From assembly GCA_963733095.1 (NCBI GenBank), contig CAVTBV010000012.1, positions 1-64,000 on the forward strand: DNA of 64,000 nt, given 5' to 3'. Below are positions 62,638 through 64,000 of the stretch, piece after piece (the first letter of the stretch is position 1; each line of letters opens with the position of its first letter). Both the position numbers and the translations under genes were made by a program. Below the pieces are notes generated by a model, which was not told where the DNA came from, ran no database searches, and saw only the letters and a list, made by a program, of their open reading frames with translations. The DNA is from Candidatus Bathyarchaeota archaeon (GTDB lineage: Archaea > Thermoproteota > Bathyarchaeia > Bathyarchaeales > Bathycorpusculaceae).

Positions 62638-63692
62638 CTTATGATTCCTGTTGCTTTGGCTGTTTTTTCGCAGGTTTCGGCGTTGAGGTTTAGTTTGTGG
62701 AGGATGGTGTAACGTTCAGGTCTTATTTTTGCGGCCATCTCCAAAGCCTTAACCACATCGGATTCTTTAACGCCTAGTTCCGCGGCTGTTGTTGGGGCGC
62801 CTAGTTGTTTGAGGGTTTTTTTGATGCGTTGCCAGTTCGAGTTGTAGAGGTAAGCGGTTAAGATGGTGCCGACGCCGCATTGTTCGCCGTGCATGGCGTG
62901 GTTTTCGTTTATGATGTCTAAGGCGTGGCTGAAGAGGTGTTCGGAGCCGCTGCAGGGGCGGCTGCTTCCAGCGATGCTCATGGCAACCCCACAGCTGATG
63001 AGGGCTTCCAGAAGAACCCGCAGTCCTTCATCTTGTCTATAAACGATTAAATCCGCATTCTCCGTGACTATTTTAGCACTCATTAACGCCAAACTTGCCG
63101 CGTATCCACCATAATACTCGTTGTATTCTGTGTGTGCAAGTTTCCAGTCTTTGACGGCTGTGAACTTGGAGATTACATCTCCGCAGCCGCTGACCACAAA
63201 ACGCCAAGGTGCCTTTGCGATTATTTCTGTGTCTGCAATTATTGCCAGTGGCGCTTGAGCGAGGACAGAGTAGGGTTTGTCGGAGCCTTTAATTGAGGCA
63301 AGGGGGCTCGCGATGCCGTCATGGGATACGGTCGTGGGTACACTGATGAAGGGAACTTTTAAGCTGCCTGAACAGACTTTCGCCGAGTCAATTATTGTTC
63401 CGCCTCCGATACCGAAGAGCACATGAGGCTTCAACTCTTTTATCTGGTTCTCAAGCTTCTCCACATCCTTTAACGTCATGGTTTTGATGGCGCAAAAATC
63501 CACAGTCAAACCTGAGTCTTCTAAGAGTTTAGAAACTTTTCTTCCCGCAAGGTCATAACATTGGGTGTCCGAAAGAACCAGCGCTGTTCCTTTGAGGTTT
63601 AGTCGTTTGGCGACTTCGGGGATGCGGTTGATGGTGCCTTTTCCGACAATGACCTCCCGTGGAAGCTGCATGTAATGGTAGTTTAAAGTCAA
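62634..63692 (-). CDS. egsA: sn-glycerol-1-phosphate dehydrogenase
   Basis: GIGGGTIIDSAK, VPTTVSHDGIASP, GSSRPCSGSEHLFSH, HGEQ, IRPERYTIL. Confidence 0.95.
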   Translation of the reverse strand: MTLNYHYMQLPREVIVGKGTINRIPEVAKRLNLKGTALVLSDTQCYDLAGRKVSKLLEDSGLTVDFCAIKTMTLKDVEKLENQIKELKPHVLFGIGGGTIIDSAKVCSGSLKVPFISVPTTVSHDGIASPLASIKGSDKPYSVLAQAPLAIIADTEIIAKAPWRFVVSGCGDVISKFTAVKDWKLAHTEYNEYYGGYAASLALMSAKIVTENADLIVYRQDEGLRVLLEALISCGVAMSIAGSSRPCSGSEHLFSHALDIINENHAMHGEQCGVGTILTAYLYNSNWQRIKKTLKQLGAPTTAAELGVKESDVVKALEMAAKIRPERYTILHKLNLNAETCEKTAKATGIIS

Positions 63693-64000
63693 ATCAGACC
63701 CCTGTTAACTTGCAATGACCTAATTGGGATGGATGCTTTAAAACTTTGGGAAATTAACAGTCATTTACTTTCTAAAAATGCTCTAGAAGATATGTTAATT
63801 AAAAAATGGGTTGGTTAAGGTTTCTTGGCGAAAACCGCTTTCCCAACATTAACTGCAGCCGCCGTTTTGCATGCGGCAATAGTTGGCGCAGCTAAGAAAG
63901 GCAGGTGGTAATGACCGATTTCTTGGTTATTGACAAGTCAAAAGGAGGCGGCATGTTTGAGATTCTCAGTTTGGTTAATGTTATGCTTAAATATTGATTG

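Noticed and set aside
63700-64000. Possible structured RNA or short ORF upstream of egsA
   Set aside because: Only very short ORFs, no tRNA or riboswitch consensus, and the region is cut by the window edge
1-64000. Transposases, integrases, tRNA and rRNA genes
   Set aside because: No matching motifs, terminal repeats or cloverleaf sequences seen

Overview
Archaeal chromosomal window (EgsA glycerol-1-phosphate dehydrogenase, RNase P subunit Rpp21, long FKBP/SlyD, DUF1616 genes). The gene set resembles Bathyarchaeia, but that placement is my inference. About 45 kb is a cell-surface glycosylation region with dTDP-rhamnose (rfbACBD) and UDP-xylose (galU-ugd-uxs) pathways, a Wzx flippase, many GT2/GT4 enzymes, four GT-C-like polytopic proteins and several membrane-anchored surface proteins. 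It is arranged as two parallel minus-strand cassettes, each headed by a paralogous ~125-aa basic protein of unknown function. Between them is a 4-kb envelope-sensing cluster: a membrane-tethered winged-helix regulator with an external Gly/Met loop, a membrane-anchored TIR protein, a PEF-CTERM protein and two Gly/Tyr/Met-rich secreted proteins whose promoters share TGAAAC direct repeats at exact 11-bp spacing. Also present are a processive GT2 next to a DUF3131 glucanase-like gene, a MoxR/DUF58/DUF4350/DUF4129/DUF1616 cluster, and patches of extreme A+C versus G+T strand skew. Many genes carry single-base frameshifts that look like long-read consensus errors, so coordinates of those genes are approximate. 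I saw no rRNA, tRNA, CRISPR array or transposase.
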